A stretch of DNA of 32,000 bases, from NCBI RefSeq assembly GCF_000039765.1, contig NC_004459.3, positions 1,530,001 to 1,562,000 on the forward strand, read 5' to 3'. The stretch's first letter is position 1. Each line of letters opens with the position of its first letter. The stretch comes from Vibrio vulnificus CMCP6 (GTDB lineage Bacteria; Pseudomonadota; Gammaproteobacteria; Enterobacterales; Vibrionaceae). The translations under genes were made by a program, and so were the position numbers. The notes below the pieces were generated by a model. The model saw only the letters and a list, made by a program, of their open reading frames with translations, did no database searches and was not told the origin of the DNA. Shown piece after piece: positions 20,143 through 32,000 of the stretch.

Positions 20143-20174
20143 AAGGTGAGTGGTTTTGACTACTCACCTTTTTC
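20143..20174 (+). terminator. Rho-independent terminator between relA and mazG
   Basis: AAGGTGAGT-ggttttgact-ACTCACCTT followed by TTTC. Confidence 0.7.
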
Positions 20175-20203
20175 TTTAGATAGAAAGGGTTAAGGAACAG
20201 AAA

Positions 20204-21013
20204 ATGAGTCATCCAATTGAACAATTAGAACAAATCATGGCGAAGCTGCGTGACCCGCACAGTGGCTGTCCTTGGGATTTAAAGCAGAGCTTCGACACCA
20301 TTGTTCCTCACACTATCGAAGAAACGTACGAAGTGGTGGATGCGATTCATAATCGCGATTGGCTTAATTTGCAGGAAGAGTTGGGCGATCTGTTGTTCCA
20401 GGTGATTTTCTACAGCCAATTAGCAAAAGAGCAGGGGTTGTTTGATTTTTCCGCCGTGGTAGAAACCGTGAACGAAAAACTGACACGCCGTCATCCCCAT
20501 GTGTTCGGCCAAGTCGAATTTGAGACAGAAGCACAAATAAAAGCCAATTGGGAAGCAGAAAAGGCCAAAGAGAAAGCACAAATAGGCAAAAATGAGCAAA
20601 GTATTCTAGACTCAATACCAAACTCTCTACCTGCGTTAATGCGTGCTACAAAGATCCAGAAAAAATGCGCTCATTATGGTTTTGATTGGGATTCACTCGG
20701 GCCTGTGGTCGACAAAGTCAAAGAAGAAATTGAGGAAGTGGTGGAAGAGGCGCTTCAAGTCGATGTCGATGATGAAAAAGTGGAGCTTGAGCTGGGGGAT
20801 CTGCTGTTTGCCACCGTCAACTTAGCGCGTCATTTGCAGGTCAATCCAGAAGCGGCATTGAGCAAGGCTAATCTCAAGTTTTCTAATCGATTCAAACAAG
20901 TAGAGCAAGGTGTACACGCAAAAGGTAAGAAGCTTGAAGAGTGCGATTTAGCAGAGTTGGATGCCATTTGGGATCAAGTGAAGCGCGCGGAACGCAGTCA
21001 AGCTGCCGAGTAG
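20204..21013 (+). CDS. mazG: Nucleoside triphosphate pyrophosphohydrolase MazG
   Basis: 269 aa; [37 protein letters not shown]... and [17 protein letters not shown] motifs. Confidence 0.96.
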   Translation: MSHPIEQLEQIMAKLRDPHSGCPWDLKQSFDTIVPHTIEETYEVVDAIHNRDWLNLQEELGDLLFQVIFYSQLAKEQGLFDFSAVVETVNEKLTRRHPHVFGQVEFETEAQIKANWEAEKAKEKAQIGKNEQSILDSIPNSLPALMRATKIQKKCAHYGFDWDSLGPVVDKVKEEIEEVVEEALQVDVDDEKVELELGDLLFATVNLARHLQVNPEAALSKANLKFSNRFKQVEQGVHAKGKKLEECDLAELDAIWDQVKRAERSQAAE

Positions 21014-21021
21014 AAATTTGA

Positions 21022-24221
<3,200 letters not shown>

Positions 24222-24257
24222 TTCTTAATTGAATTAATCGCTTAGTTTGAAACTTTC

Positions 24258-24288
24258 AAAACACCTCGCTTTTGCGGGGTGTTTTTTT
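24258..24288 (+). terminator. Rho-independent terminator after eno
   Basis: AACACCTCGC-tttt-GCGGGGTGTT followed by TTTTTT. Confidence 0.85.
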
Positions 24289-24465
24289 ATCGCCAATATT
24301 TCTGCGAGTCCCCCTATCTTCGATAAATAAAAAAGTGACCGTGCATCAGACTCTGTCATTCTCTTCACTTGCTTCTGTCTAACCCTCTCTAGAGCCAATG
24401 AGCTAATTGTGCTATAAACAGGGCTTCATCAATCTTTCCTTCTAATAAGTCATAAGTAAATTGCC

Positions 24466-24747
24466 ATGCGACTGTTTATTCTCGTTTTAACCTTACTGTT
24501 TGGTTGGCTGCAGTACACCCTGTGGTTTGGTAAAAATGGGGTTTCCGATTACTACACGATTGAAAGTGATATTGAAGCGCAGCAATTGGTGAACACCAAG
24601 TTGCAGGCAAGAAACAGCGAAATGTACGCAGAGATAGATGACTTGAAGCAAGGTCTTGATGCCATTGAAGAGCGTGCTCGTCACGAGCTGGGTATGCTGA
24701 AAGAAGGGGAGACGTTCTATCGCATTGTCGGTGAGGAGAATCAATAA
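24466..24747 (+). CDS. ftsB: Cell division protein FtsB
   Basis: 93 aa; N-terminal TM, coiled coil, [20 protein letters not shown]. Confidence 0.93.
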   Translation: MRLFILVLTLLFGWLQYTLWFGKNGVSDYYTIESDIEAQQLVNTKLQARNSEMYAEIDDLKQGLDAIEERARHELGMLKEGETFYRIVGEENQ

Positions 24748-25460
24748 TGGCGCGTAGTATGACGTCATTGGTCGCAGTGGTACCAGCCGCAGGTGTCGGC
24801 AGTCGAATGAAGGCAGACCGACCAAAGCAGTATTTGCAGATTCACGGCAAAACCATTTTAGAACATACCATCGAAAGGTTGCTCTCTCACCCGGCCATTA
24901 CACAAGTCGTCGTTGCCGTGAGTGAAGACGACCCCTATTACTCAGAGCTCGCCATTGCGCAGCATCCCGATATCGTTCGTGTTGCTGGTGGGAAAGAGCG
25001 AGCAGATTCGGTGTTATCGGCGTTACGTTTCCTTTCGCTGCAGCAACAAAAAGCAGACTGGGTTCTCGTGCATGATGCTGCAAGACCTTGTGTTGCTCAT
25101 CAAGATATTGATGCCTTGATTGAACGCTGCTCTTCGCATGAAACGGGTGGGATTTTGGCGACGCCCGTACGTGACACCATGAAGCGCGCCAACGCACAAC
25201 AAATGATCGACCATACAGTGGATCGCAATGCACTTTGGCATGCCTTAACGCCGCAAATGTTCAAAGCCGAAGTACTGACAGACGCGCTAAGCGATGCGTT
25301 GGCGCAAGGTGTGGCGATTACCGACGAAGCCTCTGCGCTAGAGTGGCGAGGAGAGCTGCCAGCTTTAGTTCAAGGATGTTCGAGTAACATCAAAGTCACT
25401 CAACCTGAAGATCTTGCTTTAGCGGAATTTTATTTGAGCCGAGAAAAGGATAGAAAATGA
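24747..25460 (+). CDS. ispD: 2-C-methyl-D-erythritol 4-phosphate cytidylyltransferase
   Basis: 237 aa; [34 protein letters not shown] and HDAARPCV motifs. Confidence 0.97.
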   Translation: MARSMTSLVAVVPAAGVGSRMKADRPKQYLQIHGKTILEHTIERLLSHPAITQVVVAVSEDDPYYSELAIAQHPDIVRVAGGKERADSVLSALRFLSLQQQKADWVLVHDAARPCVAHQDIDALIERCSSHETGGILATPVRDTMKRANAQQMIDHTVDRNALWHALTPQMFKAEVLTDALSDALAQGVAITDEASALEWRGELPALVQGCSSNIKVTQPEDLALAEFYLSREKDRK

Positions 25461-25933
25461 TTAGAATTGGTCACGGTTTCGATGTACACAAATTTGGTGG
25501 CGAAGGCCCGGTTATCATCGGTGGTGTTGCGGTTCCTTATGAACAAGGACTTATTGCTCACTCCGATGGTGATGTTGCTTTACATGCGTTAAGCGATGCT
25601 CTGCTGGGGGCGATTGCCGCGGGTGATATTGGTCGCCATTTCCCAGATACGGATGACAAATGGAAAGGGGTAGACAGTCGAGAATTGTTGAAAGACGTTT
25701 ATCGCCGAGTCAAAGAACAAGGTTACAAACTGGGGAATGCGGATGTGACCATCATTGCGCAAGCGCCCAAAATGGCCCCTTATATCGATGCCATGCGTGA
25801 AGCTATCGCTCACGACTTGGAAACCGATATTCGTAACATTAATGTCAAAGCGACAACAACCGAGCGTTTGGGTTTTACAGGACGCAAAGAAGGTATTGCA
25901 ACGGAAGCCGTTGTGTTACTGATTAAGCAATAA
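25457..25933 (+). CDS. ispF: 2-C-methyl-D-erythritol 2,4-cyclodiphosphate synthase
   Basis: 158 aa; [14 protein letters not shown]...[32 protein letters not shown]. Confidence 0.98.
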   Translation: MIRIGHGFDVHKFGGEGPVIIGGVAVPYEQGLIAHSDGDVALHALSDALLGAIAAGDIGRHFPDTDDKWKGVDSRELLKDVYRRVKEQGYKLGNADVTIIAQAPKMAPYIDAMREAIAHDLETDIRNINVKATTTERLGFTGRKEGIATEAVVLLIKQ

Positions 25934-25968
25934 TATTAGCATTAGCAAAACTGGCAGTGGATAGTTCT

Positions 25969-27012
25969 ATGACAGACACTTTGGCTTCTCTGGCCTATTT
26001 AGCGGGTAAACCAACCGCACAAGCAAAAATCAAAGCAAAACCAGAACATTTTCAGGTAAGAGAAGACTTAGGTTTTGAGTTCACTGGTTCTGGTGAGCAC
26101 TTGATGGTGCGCATTCGAAAAACTGGTGAGAACACCTCCTTTGTTGCCAATGAATTGGCGAAAGCATGTGGCGTGAAATCAAAAGACGTCAGTTGGGCTG
26201 GCTTGAAAGATCGCCACGCGGTGACGGAACAATGGCTTAGTGTCCATTTGCCTAAAGCGGAAACACCGGATTTTTCCGCTTTCCTCGCACAGTACCCATC
26301 GATTGAAATTCTCACGACCGCTCGTCATAACAAGAAATTACGTCCTGGAGACCTTGTTGGGAACGATTTTGTTGTGACGCTATCCGAAGTCTCGGATGTG
26401 GACGATGTGCTCAAACGTCTAGAGACGGTTGCAAAACTCGGTGTTCCAAATTACTTCGGTAATCAGCGTTTTGGTAACAATGGCAATAACCTGCAAGAAG
26501 CAAAACGTTGGGGTAGAGACAATGTTCGTAGCCGCAATCAAAATCAACGTAGCCTCTACTTGTCTGCTGCGCGTTCGTGGATCTTCAACTTAATTGTCTC
26601 GGCGCGACTTGAGCAATCACTGTTTGATAAGGTTTTGCTTGGCGACATCCTGTTTAAGGGGGATGAACAGCTATTGGTGAGTGCAGAAAATCATGCGGAT
26701 CTCCAGTCTCAATATGATGCTGGCGACTTGGTGATCAGTGGTGCCTTGGCTGGCGATAATGCCTTGCCGACTCAAGATGACGCGTTGGCGCTAGAGCAAG
26801 TGTTCTTAGATGCTGAACCCGATCTTATGGCGCTGATTCGCGGCAATCGCATGAGACACGATCGCCGAGCGATCGCATTGAAGCCAGCCAATCTCAGTTG
26901 GCAAGTGGATGGCAATAACATCATCCTGACTTTCTCGCTCGATGCTGGCTCTTTTGCTACGTCTATTATCCGCGAGCTAGTACAAGAAATCGCGTTTGAA
27001 AGAGAATTCTAA
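25969..27012 (+). CDS. truD: tRNA pseudouridine(13) synthase TruD
   Basis: [12 protein letters not shown] catalytic motif and [12 protein letters not shown]. Track starts at GTG 25957; ATG 25969 ([15 protein letters not shown]) seems the more likely start. Confidence 0.94.
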   Translation: MTDTLASLAYLAGKPTAQAKIKAKPEHFQVREDLGFEFTGSGEHLMVRIRKTGENTSFVANELAKACGVKSKDVSWAGLKDRHAVTEQWLSVHLPKAETPDFSAFLAQYPSIEILTTARHNKKLRPGDLVGNDFVVTLSEVSDVDDVLKRLETVAKLGVPNYFGNQRFGNNGNNLQEAKRWGRDNVRSRNQNQRSLYLSAARSWIFNLIVSARLEQSLFDKVLLGDILFKGDEQLLVSAENHADLQSQYDAGDLVISGALAGDNALPTQDDALALEQVFLDAEPDLMALIRGNRMRHDRRAIALKPANLSWQVDGNNIILTFSLDAGSFATSIIRELVQEIAFEREF

Positions 27013-27017
27013 TTATC

Positions 27018-27785
27018 ATGGAAGATAAGCAAGCTAAACCGCTGCGCATTTTGCTGAGTAATGACGATGGCGTTTTCGCAGAAGGTATTCGCACGTTAGC
27101 CAGTGAGCTAAGAACATTGGCAGAAGTGATCATCGTTGCTCCGGATCGCAATCGCTCAGGAGCGTCGAACTCGTTAACACTGGAACAGCCGCTGCGAGTG
27201 ACCTGTGTTGAAGAAAATGTGTATTCAGTGCAAGGCACGCCGACAGATTGTGTCCATTTTGCTTTAAACGAACTACTGAAAAATGATCTCCCAGACTTAG
27301 TGTTAAGTGGCATCAATCATGGCGCCAATCTGGGGGATGACGTGCTTTATTCGGGCACGGTCGCCGCAGCGATGGAAGGGCATTTTCTTGGCGTGCAGTC
27401 GATCGCTTTTTCTTTGGTTGGCAAAACCCACTTTAAAACCGCAGCAACCATTGCCAAGCGGATCGTTGAGCAACATTTAGCGAAACCTATTCCGACCAAT
27501 CGTTTATTGAATATCAATATTCCGGATCTGCCGCTCGAACAGCTAGAAGAGATACGAGTGACTCGTTTAGGCGCGCGCCATCATGCAGAGAATATGATCA
27601 AGCAGCTTGATCCCCGTGGTCATGAAATCTATTGGTTAGGCCCTCCGGGTAAAGAGCAAGATGCGGGGGAGGGAACCGATTTTCATGCGATTGAACAAGG
27701 CTATGTGTCCATTACACCACTGCAAGTTGATTTAACTGCCCATGAATCGCTCCGAGCGATGGATACTTGGCTAAAGGAAAAGTAA
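27018..27785 (+). CDS. surE: 5'/3'-nucleotidase SurE
   Basis: 255 aa; [22 protein letters not shown]...[17 protein letters not shown]...GTPTDCV...[19 protein letters not shown]. Confidence 0.97.
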   Translation: MEDKQAKPLRILLSNDDGVFAEGIRTLASELRTLAEVIIVAPDRNRSGASNSLTLEQPLRVTCVEENVYSVQGTPTDCVHFALNELLKNDLPDLVLSGINHGANLGDDVLYSGTVAAAMEGHFLGVQSIAFSLVGKTHFKTAATIAKRIVEQHLAKPIPTNRLLNINIPDLPLEQLEEIRVTRLGARHHAENMIKQLDPRGHEIYWLGPPGKEQDAGEGTDFHAIEQGYVSITPLQVDLTAHESLRAMDTWLKEK

Positions 27786-27787
27786 TC

Positions 27788-28414
27788 ATGAGCAATCCTC
27801 AAGCAGAAAGATTGGTTCATTTCTTAGCGGTCAATGGCATCCGTGATAGCGAAGTGCTATCTGCCATCGCTCGTGTACCGAGAGAGTGTTTTTTGTCACA
27901 AGCTATGATGCATCAGGCTTATGACAACAACGCATTGCCTATTGGTCAAGGTCAGACGATCTCTCAGCCCTATATTGTGGCCAAAATGACGGAACTTTTG
28001 CGTCTCAAAAGAGACAGTAAAGTATTGGAAATTGGCACTGGATCGGGTTATCAAACCGCAGTATTAGCGCTTCTGGTTGAGCATGTATATTCTGTTGAGC
28101 GAATCAAATCTTTACAGTGGGATGCAAAACGTCGCTTAAAACAGTTGGATATTTACAATGTCTCGACGAAGCATGGCGACGGCTGGCTTGGTTGGGAAAA
28201 TAAAGGACCTTTTGACGCGATCATTGTGACCGCCGCAGCGGAAAGTGTTCCACCAGTGTTACTTCAACAATTGAATGATGGTGGCCGCATGGTACTCCCT
28301 GTTGGTACGGATGAGCAGCAGTTGATCTTGATTGAGCGTCAAAAAGATCAGTTTGTTTCCCAAGTGATTGAAGCGGTGAACTTTGTGCCGCTGATCGCCG
28401 GAGACTTGGCATAA
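27788..28414 (+). CDS. pcm: Protein-L-isoaspartate O-methyltransferase
   Basis: ATG 27788 with AAGGAAAAG upstream; [20 protein letters not shown] and [18 protein letters not shown]. Track start at 27767 lies inside surE. Confidence 0.96.
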   Translation: MSNPQAERLVHFLAVNGIRDSEVLSAIARVPRECFLSQAMMHQAYDNNALPIGQGQTISQPYIVAKMTELLRLKRDSKVLEIGTGSGYQTAVLALLVEHVYSVERIKSLQWDAKRRLKQLDIYNVSTKHGDGWLGWENKGPFDAIIVTAAAESVPPVLLQQLNDGGRMVLPVGTDEQQLILIERQKDQFVSQVIEAVNFVPLIAGDLA

Positions 28415-28415
28415 T

Positions 28416-29354
28416 TTGAGATTAGGTGTGAGTAAGCGTCTTTATTTACGTGGGTCAATGATTCTCAGTACAGCTTTACTGGTAGGCTGTGCTGCGCATA
28501 TTCCTGCGCCGGTAACGGGATTGAGTAAAGACTATAACGCGGTTGATCGTGGTAGCTATCGTGGCAGCTACTACGAAGTTGAAAAGGGCGATACGCTGTA
28601 TTTTATATCCTACGTCACAGATAAAGATGTAAATGAGTTAATCCGTTTCAATAATTTGACAGAGCCTTACACGATTTATCCGGGCCAGAAACTCAAGTTA
28701 TGGGCACCTGCTTATGTCGCACCCAAATATGGCCAAACGGTAGAAGCCCCTGTTACCACTGTGGTTGCTGCGTCAACTGTCGCGGTGGTGGCTCCCAAAC
28801 CAACACCGACAACGCCAAAAAAATCGAATAATAACTCTACTCAGAAACCCGCAAAACCTGCGCCTCAAGTGGTTAAAAAAGATCCAGTTAAGGGTATTGA
28901 TCAATCCAAACCAAAGGAGTATGTTGGTTCAAAAGGTAAAGAAAATGTTAAACCTGTCACTTCACCACCACCGGCAAATAACCAAAAAATAGCCAAGTGG
29001 CAGTGGCCAACAAAAGGGAGAGTAATCAAAAACTTCTCTGCAGGAGAACAAGGAAATAAAGGCATTGATATCGCAGGACAGCGAGGTCAGCCTATCGTTT
29101 CAACGGCAGGAGGTACCGTGGTTTATTCGGGTAACGCGCTAAGAGGTTATGGCAATTTAATCATTGTTAAACATAACGATAATTACCTCAGTGCGTATGC
29201 GCATAACGATCGGTTGTTGGTATCGGAAGGGCAAAGTGTTAAAGCTGGGCAACAAATCGCCACAATGGGCAGTTCTGGAGCCAAAACAGTGATGCTGCAT
29301 TTTGAAATTCGTTACCAAGGTAAATCAGTGAATCCAAAGCGCTATTTACCGTAA
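28416..29354 (+). CDS. nlpD: Murein hydrolase activator lipoprotein NlpD (LysM + M23-like)
   Basis: 312 aa, TTG start; lipobox LLVGC, LysM (YEVEKGDTLYFISYVTDKDVNELIRFNNL), Pro/Lys/Thr-rich linker, M23-like domain (GIDIAGQRGQPIVSTAGGTVVYSG...). Located pcm-nlpD-rpoS. Confidence 0.93.
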   Translation: MRLGVSKRLYLRGSMILSTALLVGCAAHIPAPVTGLSKDYNAVDRGSYRGSYYEVEKGDTLYFISYVTDKDVNELIRFNNLTEPYTIYPGQKLKLWAPAYVAPKYGQTVEAPVTTVVAASTVAVVAPKPTPTTPKKSNNNSTQKPAKPAPQVVKKDPVKGIDQSKPKEYVGSKGKENVKPVTSPPPANNQKIAKWQWPTKGRVIKNFSAGEQGNKGIDIAGQRGQPIVSTAGGTVVYSGNALRGYGNLIIVKHNDNYLSAYAHNDRLLVSEGQSVKAGQQIATMGSSGAKTVMLHFEIRYQGKSVNPKRYLP

Positions 29355-29434
29355 ATCAACTTTGAAACAACTTGCGACACAACTAGCGACATTTAAAGTT
29401 GTAATGTCTTGCTAACTCGCCATGGGGAGGCGTT

Positions 29435-30427
29435 ATGAGTATCAGCAACACAGTCACCAAAGTTAAAGATTTCGATGTTAATCAGATGGATGATGATTTT
29501 AACGACGATATCGAGATTAATGAAAAAGAAGATCTTACCGAAGAAAAAGTCAAACTTCGCGAGGAGTTTGATGCCAGCAACAAGAGCTTAGACGCGACGC
29601 AGCTCTATCTAGGAGAAATTGGCTTTTCTCCACTATTAACCGCAGAAGAAGAAGTGCTTTATGCTCGACGTGCATTACGAGGCGATGAAGCCGCGCGTAA
29701 ACGTATGATTGAAAGTAACTTACGTCTAGTGGTTAAGATTTCCCGCCGTTACAGTAATCGCGGTCTGGCACTGCTTGATTTGATTGAAGAGGGTAACCTT
29801 GGTTTGATCCGTGCGGTAGAGAAATTCGATCCAGAGCGTGGTTTCCGCTTCTCGACTTACGCAACATGGTGGATTCGCCAAACCATCGAACGTGCTTTAA
29901 TGAATCAGACTCGAACCATCCGTTTACCTATCCATGTTGTTAAAGAGCTGAACATTTATCTACGTACGGCGCGTGAGCTTTCTCAAAAACTCGATCATGA
30001 GCCAACCGCTGAAGAGATCGCTGCGCAACTGGATATTCCGGTTGACGATGTGAGCAAAATGCTGCGTTTGAACGAGCGCATTAGCTCTGTCGATACGCCG
30101 ATTGGTGGAGATGGAGAGAAGGCGTTATTGGATATTATTCCTGATGCAAACAACTCAGACCCAGAGGTTTCAACGCAAGATGAAGACATGCGTGTTTCCT
30201 TGATTCATTGGTTGGAAGAGCTCAATCCGAAACAAAAAGAAGTGTTGGCACGTCGCTTTGGTTTGTTGGGCTATGAGCCTTCAACACTGGAAGAAGTTGG
30301 GCAAGAGATTGGTTTAACTCGTGAGCGAGTGCGCCAGATTCAGGTTGAAGGGTTACGTCGCCTCCGTGAAGTTCTGATCAAACAAGGTCTGAATATGGAA
30401 AATTTGTTTGATATCGATATGGATTGA
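29435..30427 (+). CDS. rpoS: RNA polymerase sigma factor RpoS
   Basis: 330 aa; [32 protein letters not shown]..., region 2 and region 4.2 motifs. Confidence 0.98.
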   Translation: MSISNTVTKVKDFDVNQMDDDFNDDIEINEKEDLTEEKVKLREEFDASNKSLDATQLYLGEIGFSPLLTAEEEVLYARRALRGDEAARKRMIESNLRLVVKISRRYSNRGLALLDLIEEGNLGLIRAVEKFDPERGFRFSTYATWWIRQTIERALMNQTRTIRLPIHVVKELNIYLRTARELSQKLDHEPTAEEIAAQLDIPVDDVSKMLRLNERISSVDTPIGGDGEKALLDIIPDANNSDPEVSTQDEDMRVSLIHWLEELNPKQKEVLARRFGLLGYEPSTLEEVGQEIGLTRERVRQIQVEGLRRLREVLIKQGLNMENLFDIDMD

Positions 30428-30447
30428 ATCTGCATTCTCCAATAGAA

Positions 30448-30473
30448 AAAAGGCTATGGAATCATAGCCTTTT
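30448..30473. terminator. Bidirectional terminator between rpoS and mutS
   Basis: Perfect 11-bp stem AAAAGGCTATG-gaat-CATAGCCTTTT between convergent genes. Confidence 0.85.
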
Positions 30474-30502
30474 GTCATTTTAGTGATGTTCGTTTTAAAA
30501 TG

Positions 30503-32000
30503 TTAGAGCATTTTCTTTAAACGATATAGGGCTTCTAACGCTTGGCGTGGGGTCAGATCATCCGGATCGATGCTGGCCAACGCTTGTTCTACTTCACTTG
30601 GCTCTGGAATGAGGCTTAATTGGTTAGCGATATCCACCGTTCTTGCTTTCGGCTGCGAACCCTCTGCGCTGAGTAGCTCAAGTTGAGACAATTTTTGACG
30701 GGCGTTTTTAATCACCGTTTTTGGAACGCCCGCTAACCCCGCCACCGCCAAACCGTAGGATTTGCTTGCCGCCCCCTCTTGTACGGCGTGCATAAAGGCG
30801 ATGCTGTCGCCATGCTCAACCGCATCAAGATGCACGTTGGCCAAGTGAGGGAGTTGATTTGGCAGTTCTGTCAGTTCAAAGTAATGCGTCGCAAATAGCG
30901 TCATTGCCCCAATCTGAGTCGCAAGCCAGTGTGCGCTTGCCCACGCTAGGGAAAGACCATCATAGGTACTGGTACCACGGCCAATTTCATCCATCAAAAC
31001 TAAGCTATTTGCTGTCGCGTTGTGCAAGATATTGGCTGTTTCTGTCATTTCTACCATGAAGGTTGAACGACCTGACGCGAGATCATCCGATGCACCAATT
31101 CGAGTAAAGATGCGATCAATTGAGCCAATGGTGGCCGATTCTGCAGGAACGTAAGAACCAATGTGCGCCATTAAAGCAATCAATGCGGTTTGGCGCATGT
31201 AGGTGGACTTACCCCCCATGTTTGGACCGGTGATGATCAACATTTTACGTTGGCTGTTCAGTTCAATTGGGTTGGCAATAAAGGGATCGGAAGTGACTTG
31301 TTCTACCACAGGGTGACGACCCGCGGTAATGTGAACGACGGGATCTTTGGTCAAATTTGGGCGGCAATAATCCAGCGTATCAGCACGCTCCGCCAAATTT
31401 TGCAATACATCCAATTGTGCAACCGCTGCTGCCAACTCTTGCAAACGGGCTAGGTGAGGTAGCAATAAATCAAAGAGCTCTTCCCACAGTTGCTTTTCAA
31501 TGGCTAATGCTTTCGATTTTGAGTTGAGAACTTTGTCTTCGTGCTCTTTCAGTTCAGGAATGATGTAACGTTCAGCGTTTTTCAGCGTTTGACGGCGAAC
31601 ATAGTGTGGTGGAACCAAATGGCTTTGACCGCGGCTTACTTGGATGTAGAAACCGTGGACATTGTTGTATCCCACTTTCAGCGTATCGATACCGTGGCGA
31701 TCACGCTCTTCCTCTTCGAGTTTTTCCAAGTAGCCCGTGGCACCGTCTGCAAGATCGCGCCATTCATCCAAATCTGCGCTGTACCCTTCGGCAATGACAC
31801 CTCCATCGCGAATCACTACTGGCGGGTTTTCTTTAATGGCACGTTCGAGCAACTCACACACATCATCCATTGGAGCGGCTGCCGTGGCCAGTGATTTGAG
31901 ATGGCTATTGCCCAGTGAAGACAACGTCTGAGCCAATTCGGGTAGCTGTTGCATCGCATGGCGTAATCGCGCGAGATCGCGTGGACGTGCAGAGCGGAGT
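30503..32000 (-). CDS. mutS: DNA mismatch repair protein MutS, C-terminal part (gene continues past right edge)
   Basis: Walker [42 protein letters not shown]. The frame stays open upstream of the track's Met at 31954 (...[15 protein letters not shown]) to the window edge. Confidence 0.97.

Noticed and set aside
26966-27316. 116-aa minus-strand ORF across the truD/surE junction
   Set aside because: Antisense to two well-supported genes; composition is explained by the reverse complement of the coding strand.
28780-28900. Low-complexity Pro/Lys/Thr/Asn-rich stretch in nlpD as a possible repeat element
   Set aside because: It is the ordinary flexible linker between the LysM and M23-like domains of NlpD.
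31541-31894. 117-aa plus-strand ORF antisense to mutS (and 31190-31453, 31606-31797, 31737-31931)
   Set aside because: Fully inside the strongly supported mutS frame, with no recognisable domain. Typical antisense shadow ORFs.

Overview
This window is a largely syntenic core-chromosome segment from a gammaproteobacterium, most likely a Vibrio (inferred from protein sequences and gene order). From left to right it holds: the 5' part of nadB (minus, cut by the left edge); rpoE-rseA-rseB-rseC; lepA-lepB-rnc-era-recO-pdxJ-acpS; a three-gene cluster encoding a putative outer-membrane beta-barrel, a small orphan PstS-like periplasmic protein and a membrane GGDEF protein; barA/varS (minus); rlmD; relA; mazG; pyrG; eno; ftsB-ispD-ispF-truD-surE-pcm-nlpD-rpoS; and the 3' part of mutS (minus, cut by the right edge). 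I see no CRISPR array, tRNA, rRNA, transposase, prophage or defence island. The best candidate for an under-described system is the 10.3-13.3 kb cluster, which looks like a possible envelope-to-c-di-GMP signalling module. Other points worth checking are intergenic signals: a sigmaE-type promoter with dyads at rpoE, dyads at the nadB promoter, a CRP-like site plus an 8-bp inverted repeat at the pyrG promoter, a structured relA-mazG spacer, and a tandem repeat in the rpoS leader. All identifications come from reading the sequence and recalling protein families. No database search was run.
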